Part shown: in pieces, positions 38,813-48,787 of the stretch
Position numbering within the stretch: position 1 is the stretch's first letter
Layout of the letters: the number at the start of each line of letters is the position of its first letter
DNA from: Thermoplasmatota archaeon
Lineage (GTDB): Archaea > Thermoplasmatota > Penumbrarchaeia > Penumbrarchaeales > Penumbrarchaeaceae
Assembly (NCBI GenBank): GCA_965234725.1
Contig: CBDDUX010000040.1
Coordinates: forward strand, 45,660 to 109,659
Direction of reading: 5' to 3'
DNA length: 64,000 nucleotides
Program-made: the position numbers and the translations under genes
Notes under the pieces: generated by a model
What the model saw: only the letters and a program-made list of their open reading frames with translations
Told to the model about the DNA's origin: nothing
Database searches by the model: none

Positions 38813-39766
38813 ATGTCTCCATCCATCTTCAAAAGGGGAGGTACCGCTTCGGTCAAGCTGAAGATTGCCTCTAAGAATGAGATCAACCAGTATGCCCAAA
38901 CCCTTTCCGGACAGGGTTATGTACTTGTAGGGACACCTATCGAGTACAGGCAGAGGATGACCAATGAACAGCTGAGGGATTCCGCAAAGGGTTATGCACA
39001 TCAAAACGGCTGTCAGCTCATTGTTGAGGTCAATGACCCAAATCCAGTAGCCAACCCCTACAATCCCTACAAATATTATCTCTTCCAATTCAAAGGAGGA
39101 GGGCTTGCGCCAGATCCGGTGGAACCACCATCTAGATCAGGAGCAGCCCAGAGCCAGCAGGGTCGGACATTTGGCCAGTTCAATTGTCCCTATTGCAAGA
39201 GTCCCTTCACCACATATGTGAATCCGGGAAGGAACGTCCTCACATGTCCCAAATGTAAAGGACAGTCACAGGTTGATGTCCCGGCTCCAAACCTGGGTCA
39301 GCAGATCGACCAGGGCGCTCAACAGAACACGGTCCAGTCCCAAATGGGAAGGATCAAACTTCATTCATCCTATAATACCCACAACGAGATGGTGGTGGAC
39401 TGTCTGGACGTCCTAGGCAAGATCCTCATGGTGGAGGGAAATCCACTTCCATTCGATGATACCGGTGAGTTCCTTTACCCATTTATCAGAATGAAATCAG
39501 CGGCATATGAACATGTAGGCTTCAGAAAGATGGACATGATCCTGCTGAAGGAAGCCACCCATGATTACAAGATACTTGCCTCCGAACAGCATTCCCAGGG
39601 CCAAGCCAATGTCAATCCACACCGGGACGATCTGTTCGCTGTGAAGATCTTGGGAGGTATCAACTTCCTGATCCTGGAGGAGTTCAAGGCTCTGGAGGAA
39701 CAGCAGAAGACACAGATAATCAACCATTTCTATCAGTTCCTGGCCCAATATGTAGGTGTTGAATGA
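38813..39766 (+). CDS. Hypothetical protein with central zinc ribbon
   Basis: CPYCK...TCPKCK flanked by Q/P-rich linkers; GGAGGT SD. Confidence 0.75.
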   Translation: MSPSIFKRGGTASVKLKIASKNEINQYAQTLSGQGYVLVGTPIEYRQRMTNEQLRDSAKGYAHQNGCQLIVEVNDPNPVANPYNPYKYYLFQFKGGGLAPDPVEPPSRSGAAQSQQGRTFGQFNCPYCKSPFTTYVNPGRNVLTCPKCKGQSQVDVPAPNLGQQIDQGAQQNTVQSQMGRIKLHSSYNTHNEMVVDCLDVLGKILMVEGNPLPFDDTGEFLYPFIRMKSAAYEHVGFRKMDMILLKEATHDYKILASEQHSQGQANVNPHRDDLFAVKILGGINFLILEEFKALEEQQKTQIINHFYQFLAQYVGVE

Positions 39767-39808
39767 ACTTCCACCATCCTTTTATCATGAGGACACCTTA
39801 ACCTCTAC

Positions 39809-40696
39809 ATGGAGCTTCTACAGGGAAGACCAGTTTCCAAAAGGATAGATGCCACAGTTACGGATATCGTATCGGATGAAAAGCCCATCCTTTCCGTTTT
39901 CCTTACAGGATCGGACCCTTCCTCGATCATTTATTCCAGATCCAAGGTCCGAAAGGGGGGTAATTTGGGAGTAGATGTTAAAGTGAGGACATTCACCGAA
40001 ACCACCACAGAGGAAGAAATTGTTAGACAGTTAAAAGTTGATGCTGACAATGAGAGAATTTTCGGGATAATGGTAGAGAGACCACTGCTTCCCGGACTGG
40101 ACATGAATGTCCTCATGAAAGCTGTTCCTCCTGAGAAGGATGTGGAATGTCAGCATCCACAAAACATTGGAATGCTCTCCTCGAACAGACCGACATTCGT
40201 TCCACCGACACCGCTAGGAACTCTCCTGCTCTTGGAACACTATTCCATTGAGACAAAGGGAAAGAAAACGGTAGTTATCGGAAGAAGTCCGAATGTTGGA
40301 AGGCCATTATCAATTCTCCTCTCTTCAAAGATACACCGAGGTAATTCGACTGTCACTCTGGCCCATTCCATGACCCGGAACCTGAGGTCATTGACAATGG
40401 ATGCTGACCTTATATTTTCCGCAGTAGGAAAGGCAGGCCAGCTTAAAAGTGAAATGGTAAAGGATGGCGCTGTTGTGGTGGACCTCGGCATTAATCCCAC
40501 CGAGGATGGTTCAGTTGTAGGAGATGCGGATCTGGGATCGTTCATTGACCGGGATATCAGGATCACACCAACCCCTGGAGGGACAGGTCCAGTTACCGTC
40601 TCTTCGATGTTCCTCAACCTGGCCATTTCACTGGCAAGGAACAAGGATATCGATATTTCAAACATTGACCCCATGATAAGCGAAATATACAGGTAA
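39809..40696 (+). CDS. folD: Methylenetetrahydrofolate dehydrogenase/cyclohydrolase
   Basis: PEKDVE, PPTPLG, VVIGRS.NVGRP, TVT.AHS.T, VVDLGIN, GD, TPTPGGTGPVT. Confidence 0.92.
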   Translation: MELLQGRPVSKRIDATVTDIVSDEKPILSVFLTGSDPSSIIYSRSKVRKGGNLGVDVKVRTFTETTTEEEIVRQLKVDADNERIFGIMVERPLLPGLDMNVLMKAVPPEKDVECQHPQNIGMLSSNRPTFVPPTPLGTLLLLEHYSIETKGKKTVVIGRSPNVGRPLSILLSSKIHRGNSTVTLAHSMTRNLRSLTMDADLIFSAVGKAGQLKSEMVKDGAVVVDLGINPTEDGSVVGDADLGSFIDRDIRITPTPGGTGPVTVSSMFLNLAISLARNKDIDISNIDPMISEIYR

Positions 40697-40720
40697 GTTG
40701 AATTGGGTAATGGGGTTCGG

Positions 40721-41140
40721 ATGGTAACTATCGGTCGTTGCACCAGTTGTGGGTCTTTTGTTCAAGAGCTTTGGAAAGAAAAGAGTAACTGCCCCAAATG
40801 CGGTGGTCCAGTGGACCCTCTGGAAGTTGAAATGGGTCCAGTGGCCTATGTTCCAAGGGCTTTGAACATAGGCGGGCTCATCTTGATGGTGGTAGGGATT
40901 GGCCTCCTGATCGTGGGAGCCGCAGGTAAGAACGGGAGCAATACAACAAATTCAGGGACATTGATACTGATAGTCTCCTCAGTTCTCCTTTTCATTCTGT
41001 CACTTTTTTTCCAGATAATGATTACCAGAAAGGCCATAGAAAGAAGATCTTTGGTCAAGTCCCATACGATCAGGAGAATACCGGAAGGAGGAATAGAAAG
41101 AAGAAAAGCTCCAGTTGGACACAAGGTTCTAAAAAAATAA
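40721..41140 (+). CDS. Zinc-ribbon + 2-TM protein
   Basis: CTSCG...CPKCGG then two hydrophobic helices. Confidence 0.7.
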   Translation: MVTIGRCTSCGSFVQELWKEKSNCPKCGGPVDPLEVEMGPVAYVPRALNIGGLILMVVGIGLLIVGAAGKNGSNTTNSGTLILIVSSVLLFILSLFFQIMITRKAIERRSLVKSHTIRRIPEGGIERRKAPVGHKVLKK

Positions 41141-41369
41141 TGATGTGATGAATAGGATATTGGAAATCGGCTGTCATTTGAATGTTTTGCTTCTCAGGCC
41201 CAAGGATCCCTTCCAATATTTATGTGGAAGCCTGTAAAATTACCGGCTGTTTGACCAGGTCTAAATTAACTTCAAGACCAATATAAAGATAGTTTTTAAT
41301 AATGAAGGCTTATTCCCACCCGGTTCAATCTGGTAGGGACCCATCAGGTCCCGATCTGGAGGTTTGATA

Positions 41370-43994
41370 ATGAAAAGATCTACAAAGATCATGCTTCCCC
41401 TTGCCGGACTGTTTTTGCTTGTTATGATCGTCCTTCCATCGGCTTACGGAGCCATCGGTGGAGAGGCCTCGGATAGGTCTATGGTGACGACTGAATCTGG
41501 CAAAGATACATTCTATTTGCACAGCGGAAAAAGCAGTCTTATCATCTGGGACATGTTGAAAGTCGATGAGAGAAAGACCACTGTTAAGATACATGTGAAC
41601 AACCCCGATGGGAATTCCAGGGATATCAGGGTTAACCTCTCCTCTAACGGTGATGATGATTGGTCCTTCAAGATCAAGGAGATCTGGGATTACAATGGTG
41701 TCGATATCATCGATGATGATGATGAGGTCACAGAAGATGTGAAAGGCCAACTCTACACGATATTCCAGGTTGGTGGAGGGGATATGATCACCGTAGTCTT
41801 TGAGGTCTCTTATGATGGCAAAGAAAGTGATATTTCCGAAACAGCATTTTTCAAAGCCGAGGTCCTGAGGTCAGGAACAGGTGGTGAAGGGAACACATTC
41901 TCCTCCACAAAGGAACTAACTTTCGAGACCTCTGAGAACTATGACTTCATCATCCTTGTTGCAGGAGGCTTCTCACTTTTGGGCCTGGCATTCGCTTTCT
42001 TCGTTGCCAATACCCTGAGGAAGAAAGAGGTTGGAGACGAGAAGCTCAAGGAATTATCCGGGTATATTAGGGACGGGGCAAACGCATTCATGAAATCGGA
42101 ATACAAGGTCATCATAATATTCATTATTGGGATGGTCCTGGTCCTTGGGATCCTTTCCGTTACACTGGGATTGAACTGGAAGATCATACCCGCTTTCCTG
42201 ATCGGTGCTTTTCTCTCTGCCTCTGCAGGGAATATCGGAATGAGGATAGCAACCATGGCCAATGCAAAGACCGCATGGGCCTGCAAGGAAGGGAAAGAGA
42301 AGGCCCTCCGGGTAGCCTTCAATTCCGGTTCGGTCATGGGTCTGACAGTGGTTGGACTGGGACTGTTCGGTGTATCACTTCTCTATTTCATATTCGGTGA
42401 TGTGGACATGCTCTTCGGATTCGGTTTCGGGGCATCTTCCATCGCTCTTTTCGCCAGGGTTGGCGGAGGAATATATACGAAAGCGGCCGATGTTGGCGCT
42501 GACCTTGTAGGAAAGGTCGAGGCTGGAATACCCGAGGATGATCCAAGGAACCCGGCTACTATCGCTGATAACGTTGGTGACAACGTGGGTGATGTTGCAG
42601 GCATGGGAGCGGACCTCTTCGAATCTTATGTGGACTCGATCATCGCCGCAATGGCCCTTGGTATCGTGGGTGTCACAGCATTCGGAGGAGATCTCTTTGG
42701 CGGCGGTGTGACCGGAATTGCAACCATGCTTCCTCTTCTCCTTGCGGGTGTTGGAATCTTCTGCTCGATCATTGGAACACTCTTCGTGGGCGGAGGCAAA
42801 GGTCATGCGCATTCACAGCTAAATAGGGGCATATGGATCTCCGCCGGTCTGATGACCGTTGCAACAATAATATTGATCGTAGCTCTATTTGATGGTCTGG
42901 AGATCCAGGCAGCCCTCATCTTCTCCGTCCTTGTGGGATTGGCTTCCGGAATTGTTATCGGAAAGATCACAGAATACTACACTTCCGACCAGGCTAAACC
43001 TACACAGAAGGTTTCAAAGGCTTCCACAACCGGGGCCGGGCCCAATATCATATCCGGTTTGAGCCTTGGTATGATCTCCACTGCCATACCGGTCATTGCT
43101 GTTGTGGTCACCATCATTGTGGCCTTCACCCTTGCGGGTCTGTACGGTATAGCACTGGCAGCTGTCGGAATGCTCTCAACCCTTGGGATCACCCTTGCAA
43201 CGGATACCTACGGACCGGTTGCGGATAATGCCGCTGGTCTTGCCGAGATGGCGCATATGGGAAAGAAGGTCAGGGAAACAGCAGAAGAACTGGATGCGGT
43301 TGGGAATACAACCGCTGCTATCGGAAAGGGATTCGCCATCGGATCCGCAGGACTGACTGCCCTTGCACTCTTCTCCGCTTTTACACAGGCAGCCAACCTG
43401 GACCTTTCCCAGTTCACCCTTGTGAATCCATGGATCGTTTCCGGTCTGTTCATTGGTGGGCTTCTGCCTTTCGTCTTTTCTGCCATGACCATGTCGGCAG
43501 TGGGTGATGCAGCCCAGGACATGGTGGAAGAGGTCAGAAGGCAGTTCAAGACCATTAAGGGAATAATGGAGGGGAAGGCCATGCCGGACTATGAGAGATG
43601 CGTGGCTATCTCCACAAAAGGAGCCTTGAAAAGGATGGTCGTTCCCTCACTTCTTGCGATTATTGTTCCGATCGTTGTCGGATCAATATCAATGGAAGCC
43701 CTTGGAGGTCTCCTCGCCGGTTCGATAGTCACCGGATTCGTTCTTGCTGTGATGATGGCCAATGCCGGTGGTGCCTGGGATAATGCCAAGAAGTACATAG
43801 AGGGGGGCCACTTCGGTGGAAAAGGATCCGAAGCCCATAAAGCAGCAGTTGTGGGAGATACTGTCGGAGATCCTTTCAAGGACACATCAGGACCATCTCT
43901 GAACATCCTGATCAAGCTGATGTCCATAGTATCCCTCGTATTCGTTCCACTGTTCCTTGTTGTGAACGGATTACTTGCAGGAATTCTCGGTTGA
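41370..43994 (+). CDS. hppA: Membrane-bound ion-translocating pyrophosphatase (K+-dependent, probably Na+-pumping) with extra N-terminal exported domain
   Basis: GGGIYTKAADVGADLVGKVE, DNVGDNVGD, ADLFESY, GNTTAAIGKGFAIG, GDTVGDPFKDTSGP. Confidence 0.95.
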   Translation: MKRSTKIMLPLAGLFLLVMIVLPSAYGAIGGEASDRSMVTTESGKDTFYLHSGKSSLIIWDMLKVDERKTTVKIHVNNPDGNSRDIRVNLSSNGDDDWSFKIKEIWDYNGVDIIDDDDEVTEDVKGQLYTIFQVGGGDMITVVFEVSYDGKESDISETAFFKAEVLRSGTGGEGNTFSSTKELTFETSENYDFIILVAGGFSLLGLAFAFFVANTLRKKEVGDEKLKELSGYIRDGANAFMKSEYKVIIIFIIGMVLVLGILSVTLGLNWKIIPAFLIGAFLSASAGNIGMRIATMANAKTAWACKEGKEKALRVAFNSGSVMGLTVVGLGLFGVSLLYFIFGDVDMLFGFGFGASSIALFARVGGGIYTKAADVGADLVGKVEAGIPEDDPRNPATIADNVGDNVGDVAGMGADLFESYVDSIIAAMALGIVGVTAFGGDLFGGGVTGIATMLPLLLAGVGIFCSIIGTLFVGGGKGHAHSQLNRGIWISAGLMTVATIILIVALFDGLEIQAALIFSVLVGLASGIVIGKITEYYTSDQAKPTQKVSKASTTGAGPNIISGLSLGMISTAIPVIAVVVTIIVAFTLAGLYGIALAAVGMLSTLGITLATDTYGPVADNAAGLAEMAHMGKKVRETAEELDAVGNTTAAIGKGFAIGSAGLTALALFSAFTQAANLDLSQFTLVNPWIVSGLFIGGLLPFVFSAMTMSAVGDAAQDMVEEVRRQFKTIKGIMEGKAMPDYERCVAISTKGALKRMVVPSLLAIIVPIVVGSISMEALGGLLAGSIVTGFVLAVMMANAGGAWDNAKKYIEGGHFGGKGSEAHKAAVVGDTVGDPFKDTSGPSLNILIKLMSIVSLVFVPLFLVVNGLLAGILG

Positions 43995-44055
43995 GATCTG
44001 AAAAAACAGGATTTGAAAGGTGACCTCATCTGAGGTCCCTTTCCAGAATGAAGAC

Positions 44056-44090
44056 CCGGTGAAATTCACCGGATCTTTAAATTTTTTATC
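44056..44090 (+). terminator. Palindrome + T-rich tract after hppA
   Basis: CCGGTGAA-A-TTCACCGG followed by atctttaaatttttt. Confidence 0.45.
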
Positions 44091-44228
44091 AATTTCTGAA
44101 GATCTATTCTCACTCTTTTTTCCTCTCCTTCATTTAATATACCACCTTTCTCATTCAATTAACAGGGATATGGAAGAGGGTAGGAAACGGTTTCCTAACG
44201 GTCGATCCTACCTTTGGAAGGTGAGAGA

Positions 44229-47200
44229 ATGAAAGGTGTAAATTTTTTATCATTGGCTTTGGCCTTGACAATGGTCCTATCTGCTTTTGGGATGATCTTT
44301 AATGTTCTTGAGATCGACCTTGCCGGAACAGCAGATGGAAAGGTCCTGAATGTTCCCGGAAGCTACTCCACGATCCAGGATGCGATCGATGATGCTGATC
44401 CCGGTGACACTGTTCTCATAGGAAACGGGACCTATACGGAAATTCTTTCCATAGGAAAGAGTCTGATATTGAAGGGAAATTCAACGAACTTCGTCAATAT
44501 CATCTCATATGGTTCCGGGGATATGATCACGGTAACCTCCGATGATGTTTCCATATCCAAGATGACACTGGAACATAGAGGTCTTATCGGCGAAGGGTCC
44601 TGTATCCATGTCCAGGGAGTGGAGAACGTTTCGATCAATTCTGTTAAGACCTTTAGTGCCACAGGTTCCGGAATATTGCTTAACGGATCCGATCTTTGCA
44701 AGGTCTTTGACATCGAAGCATGGGGTAATAAGAACGGTATTACGGTAAACTCCAGTGATGATAATGAGATAGCCATGTGTCATGTTCATGATAATTCCGT
44801 TAGTGGTATCTTCCTTTGGGGAGGTTCTGATAATAATTCAGTGGACAGCTGCTTCCTGACTGACAATGAAGATTATGGTTTAAGGTCTGTAGTCTCCACT
44901 TTACAGAACAGGAATGAGATCTTGAATTGTACAATGAATTATTCAAAAATCGCCGCAATATACCTCGATGGCAACAATACTAATTGGGTGATCACCAACA
45001 ATCATATCAATGATACCGACGGCATAGAGACCTTGAAATCTCAAGGTTTGATTGCTTCCTACAATAGTATTACAAACTTCACACATAACGGTGTGTTTCT
45101 CTATGAAAGCGTTGACTGTGAGATAAATGATAATTTCCTGGTTTCCGAAAACTCAATCGGTCATGTGGGGATCACTCTGCAGAGGACCAATTTCACCTCT
45201 GTCCATAATAATATATTTGGAGAAAATTCGATAGGTGTTTTAGGGATAGGTCCTTTCAATCACAATAACGATGTTTATTCAAATGATCTTGAAAATACCG
45301 ATATGGGAATTTGGTTCGCACATGCAACAGCCATCAATATTTATGATAACAATTTGATTTGTTCATCAGGCGCAATTTACTTGGACAATACTAGCAATGT
45401 TCTAGTTAGCGATAATATTATCCAAAACTCTCCTGATGGCATCGTTTTCTATGTGTCAAATGGGTCGAACATTATCAATAACAAAATTTCTAACTGTACA
45501 TACGGTTTTAAATCCGATGATCTCTCAACAAGTACCATCGAATCAAATTCAATGTACGAATGTTCTAGGGGTTTCCAGGTGAAAGATTCCAAGCACCTAG
45601 CTATCAAAAACAATGTGATTGAACTTGGATTTACCTCAATTTTCACAGATAATCTCGTTCATTCCTCCATTATGGGAAACAGGATCGTGGATGCGAGATT
45701 TCATGGTATGTACATCAACGGTCCTTCCACACCTTCTATGTTGGAGATCATCGAAAATCAACTTTTCTCCAACGAACTTGGAATACTCATCTTCAACGGC
45801 TCCGATATAAGCTTAGGAATGAATATAATAGAAGATTCGGTCATATTCGGATTGGACCTCGGATTCAGTACATCCAATATCCTGATAGATCATAACATAT
45901 TCATAGGTAACAACCCTGGTGATGATCAAACCAACGATGATGGTACTGGGAATAAATGGAACCTTCCCTGGCCAGATGGTGGGAACCACTGGTCTGACTA
46001 TGAAGGTAGAGACATCTACAAAGGTATTTCACAGGATATACCTGGAATGGATGGATTCGGGGACACACCGCATCCTATTGGAGGCAGCGCTGGTTCCGAG
46101 GACCTCTATCCTCTGATCGATCCATCCGGTTCGTTCCCTTCCGGCGACATAATAATTACGAGCCATGTTCACGGGGAACATGTAAGCGGAATGGAGCTTT
46201 TCGAAGCGGATGTGACGATACCGATCATCAACAGTGTGATCTGGAGTGTCAATGGGATGCAATTGGGTGTGGATGTTTCCTATCCATACCAGCTGATACT
46301 GGATACCACCCATTTCCCGGATGGTACACTGTTGAACATCACCGCAGAGGCAGATATACCTGGAACTGACAACAAGGTTGATGAGGTCCAGGTGAAAGTG
46401 AGTAATGATGTATTGATGGGACCCTTCGTGGATATCTCAACGGCTAAACTGCTTTACCATCCCGATCAGTTGGGAACAGCATTGATCGATACCAATGATC
46501 AGACACCCTTTTGTAAGGAGGTCAGGATCATACTCAACCTGAATGATCCTTTGGAAAATACCCTTTTCATATCCGATGGTATATATCTTCTGAACGATCA
46601 ATGGAGCCTTCCGTTCCCGATCCCCAGCGATGCCGAATTGGGAGAGTGGTCCCTCAACATCACAGTATTCGGTCAGGCAGGGGGAGCGGTCCTCTGGTTC
46701 GATAATGAAAGATCACTGTTCGAAGTCATTGGGGACAATACCTATGATAGGATGACCTCACTTCAGGATGGCCTCTCGATTCTGGACTTCCAGAACAGCT
46801 CCCTTAACCAGTTGTTGGATATGTTTTCCGTTTTCCAGGAAGATCTCCTTTACATGAACGAGACAAATGAGTTCTATTTTACATCGATCCTTATGGCACT
46901 GGAAACTGTCGAAACGAACCTTGCATTGAAGATCGATGGCATGAACTCCGATTTCTTAGACCTACTAAACCTCAGATTGACAGATATCTCCGATCTTCTG
47001 AACAGTATCTCGGGAGAATTGAATATTGAACTGAACGATATCGATAGTAGCATCACATCCCTCGATCTCAGACTTGAGGAATGCTGCAATAATACTGCAG
47101 AATTGATTATGGCTCTTAACTCCTCAATAAACGAACATATGGTACAGATGCAATTAGAGGTCCAGGACACGATCGACTCCTGCTGTTCCACATTACAAGG

Positions 47201-47687
47201 GATCATACCATACCTTCATACTATCGAGCAGAACCTCTCATCCGGGAACATAGATGTCCTTTCACGAATAGATGTTCTGGAAGGTTTGATGATCGATCTT
47301 TCCAACACCACTGTCAATGAGATCAGGTCCGGTGTGACCGAACTGATGGATTACCTGTTGGGATTGAACACATCTGAAGCGCAAAGACATGCACTGACAT
47401 TATCCGAGATGCTTCAACAACTGGATCAGCTCAATTCATCATTATTCGATCATATGGATGATATTCAATCAGCCCTAGATGCCCTTTCCCAACTGACTGA
47501 CATAGTGGAAGATCTCGGAACACTTGAGGCACAGGTTGAAAGCACACAGGGAAATGTGGAGGATGGAAATGATCAGAATACGATCCTCCTGATCGCACTA
47601 ATAATCGGTGTTATCATCTCCTTGATCCTTATCATCCTACTGGTTATCAGGACCGGCAAGGAATATGATGTTCTGGAAGAGACCTGA
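44229..47687 (+). CDS. Surface protein: parallel beta-helix (NosD/CASH) repeats, Ig-like domain, long coiled-coil stalk, TM anchor
   Basis: VPGSYSTIQDAID.A..GDTV.I..GTY.E; GI.L..S..N.I repeats; GNKW...GGNHWSDY...DGFGDTP..I...D.YPL; heptad-rich region; C-terminal TM. Confidence 0.88.
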   Translation: MKGVNFLSLALALTMVLSAFGMIFNVLEIDLAGTADGKVLNVPGSYSTIQDAIDDADPGDTVLIGNGTYTEILSIGKSLILKGNSTNFVNIISYGSGDMITVTSDDVSISKMTLEHRGLIGEGSCIHVQGVENVSINSVKTFSATGSGILLNGSDLCKVFDIEAWGNKNGITVNSSDDNEIAMCHVHDNSVSGIFLWGGSDNNSVDSCFLTDNEDYGLRSVVSTLQNRNEILNCTMNYSKIAAIYLDGNNTNWVITNNHINDTDGIETLKSQGLIASYNSITNFTHNGVFLYESVDCEINDNFLVSENSIGHVGITLQRTNFTSVHNNIFGENSIGVLGIGPFNHNNDVYSNDLENTDMGIWFAHATAINIYDNNLICSSGAIYLDNTSNVLVSDNIIQNSPDGIVFYVSNGSNIINNKISNCTYGFKSDDLSTSTIESNSMYECSRGFQVKDSKHLAIKNNVIELGFTSIFTDNLVHSSIMGNRIVDARFHGMYINGPSTPSMLEIIENQLFSNELGILIFNGSDISLGMNIIEDSVIFGLDLGFSTSNILIDHNIFIGNNPGDDQTNDDGTGNKWNLPWPDGGNHWSDYEGRDIYKGISQDIPGMDGFGDTPHPIGGSAGSEDLYPLIDPSGSFPSGDIIITSHVHGEHVSGMELFEADVTIPIINSVIWSVNGMQLGVDVSYPYQLILDTTHFPDGTLLNITAEADIPGTDNKVDEVQVKVSNDVLMGPFVDISTAKLLYHPDQLGTALIDTNDQTPFCKEVRIILNLNDPLENTLFISDGIYLLNDQWSLPFPIPSDAELGEWSLNITVFGQAGGAVLWFDNERSLFEVIGDNTYDRMTSLQDGLSILDFQNSSLNQLLDMFSVFQEDLLYMNETNEFYFTSILMALETVETNLALKIDGMNSDFLDLLNLRLTDISDLLNSISGELNIELNDIDSSITSLDLRLEECCNNTAELIMALNSSINEHMVQMQLEVQDTIDSCCSTLQGIIPYLHTIEQNLSSGNIDVLSRIDVLEGLMIDLSNTTVNEIRSGVTELMDYLLGLNTSEAQRHALTLSEMLQQLDQLNSSLFDHMDDIQSALDALSQLTDIVEDLGTLEAQVESTQGNVEDGNDQNTILLIALIIGVIISLILIILLVIRTGKEYDVLEET

Positions 47688-47785
47688 TTACCGCTACAAT
47701 GACCGAAATGGACCCTTTAAAAACTAACGATCAGGAATAGCCTGATTGAAACACCCCGGAATCCGGGTGACCAATACAATCGATA

Positions 47786-48022
47786 TCAATATCTGTTCCT
47801 GACCCGGATGAAATAGTATATGAGTGCGCCAATCCAACCAAGTAAGACGATTATCAGGATCCAGATCAATCTGTTGTTGTTCTCATTCGTTTCATTCTTG
47901 ACGCAATCCACAACAGCCCAGATCATAAAGACCAGACCGATAAGATTGATTAAAATGGCCCCGCACCATACTGCTCCGAAGGCGACCCCCAAATCCATGA
48001 TCATTCCTCTTCCTCGAACCAT
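47786..48022 (-). CDS. PLDc N-terminal-like small membrane protein
   Basis: IWAVVDC......NRLIWILIIVLLGWIGALIYYF. Confidence 0.8.
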   Translation of the reverse strand: MVRGRGMIMDLGVAFGAVWCGAILINLIGLVFMIWAVVDCVKNETNENNNRLIWILIIVLLGWIGALIYYFIRVRNRY

Positions 48023-48114
48023 GATTGTTATTCTAATCTAATTATTTACCGTATAATTTTTACCTGGATTGAATTGAAATCTACCCCATACCATGGTTTG
48101 CAGCTTGACCACTT

Positions 48115-48672
48115 TCAATTCCTGTCCACATACCGGTAATCCACAGTCCATCTGTATTCATTCCCAGGATCCTCTTCTCTTAGGGCTTCAGAATGATAAT
48201 AATATGGGTACTGGTCCCCGCAGTGTAAAAGCGTGAGTTCAACCGTGAATGTAAGGGGCCTGGAGATCGAGTCGTTCTGGACGAGATCCCCCTCAATGTA
48301 TACATATGTCCTGCCTTCACAGTACTCCGAATTCACATTGGATGAAGTTTGGTCGATCCTTTCACCATCGGTCACTCTCAGAGTAAATGTATCTCCCTCG
48401 TTATGATAGGAACCAGCCCTATCCAGAGGAGGTTCGTCTTCCCAGTTGATGATCGCCTTCATATGAATGAGGAATTGGAAATCGGTAAGTTCAAGTTTGA
48501 AAAGTATGGTTGTGGCTTCTTCCTCAAGATAACCGGAACCACTAAAGGAATCTTCAAATGGGGTTCCAACAAGTCTATCCTCCGATTCAATATCCGGGCC
48601 ACTGATCCCCATACAACCAGAGACCATAATGAAGAATACCGATATTGATGACAAAGCTATCATCGTCTTCAT
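48115..48672 (-). CDS. Putative lipoprotein (paralog of 48788-49354)
   Basis: Lipobox MVSGC; GYLEE, NWEDEPP..RA..Y.N..D.FT, RPLT.T..LTL..C.DQYP, D.GN.Y.W...Y.Y. Confidence 0.75.
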   Translation of the reverse strand: MKTMIALSSISVFFIMVSGCMGISGPDIESEDRLVGTPFEDSFSGSGYLEEEATTILFKLELTDFQFLIHMKAIINWEDEPPLDRAGSYHNEGDTFTLRVTDGERIDQTSSNVNSEYCEGRTYVYIEGDLVQNDSISRPLTFTVELTLLHCGDQYPYYYHSEALREEDPGNEYRWTVDYRYVDRN

Positions 48673-48787
48673 TTTCTCTCGACCGTGATGATCATATTCA
48701 CTTCGGTAGTATAAAATGAATTCCAGATCGGTGATTGATCGGTCAGGTTTTCAAGGATTCCCGGGTGGAGGAATGGTAAATAGTGGT

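Noticed and set aside
41318-41340. GGTTCAATC as a tRNA T-arm
   Set aside because: No acceptor, D or anticodon arms around it
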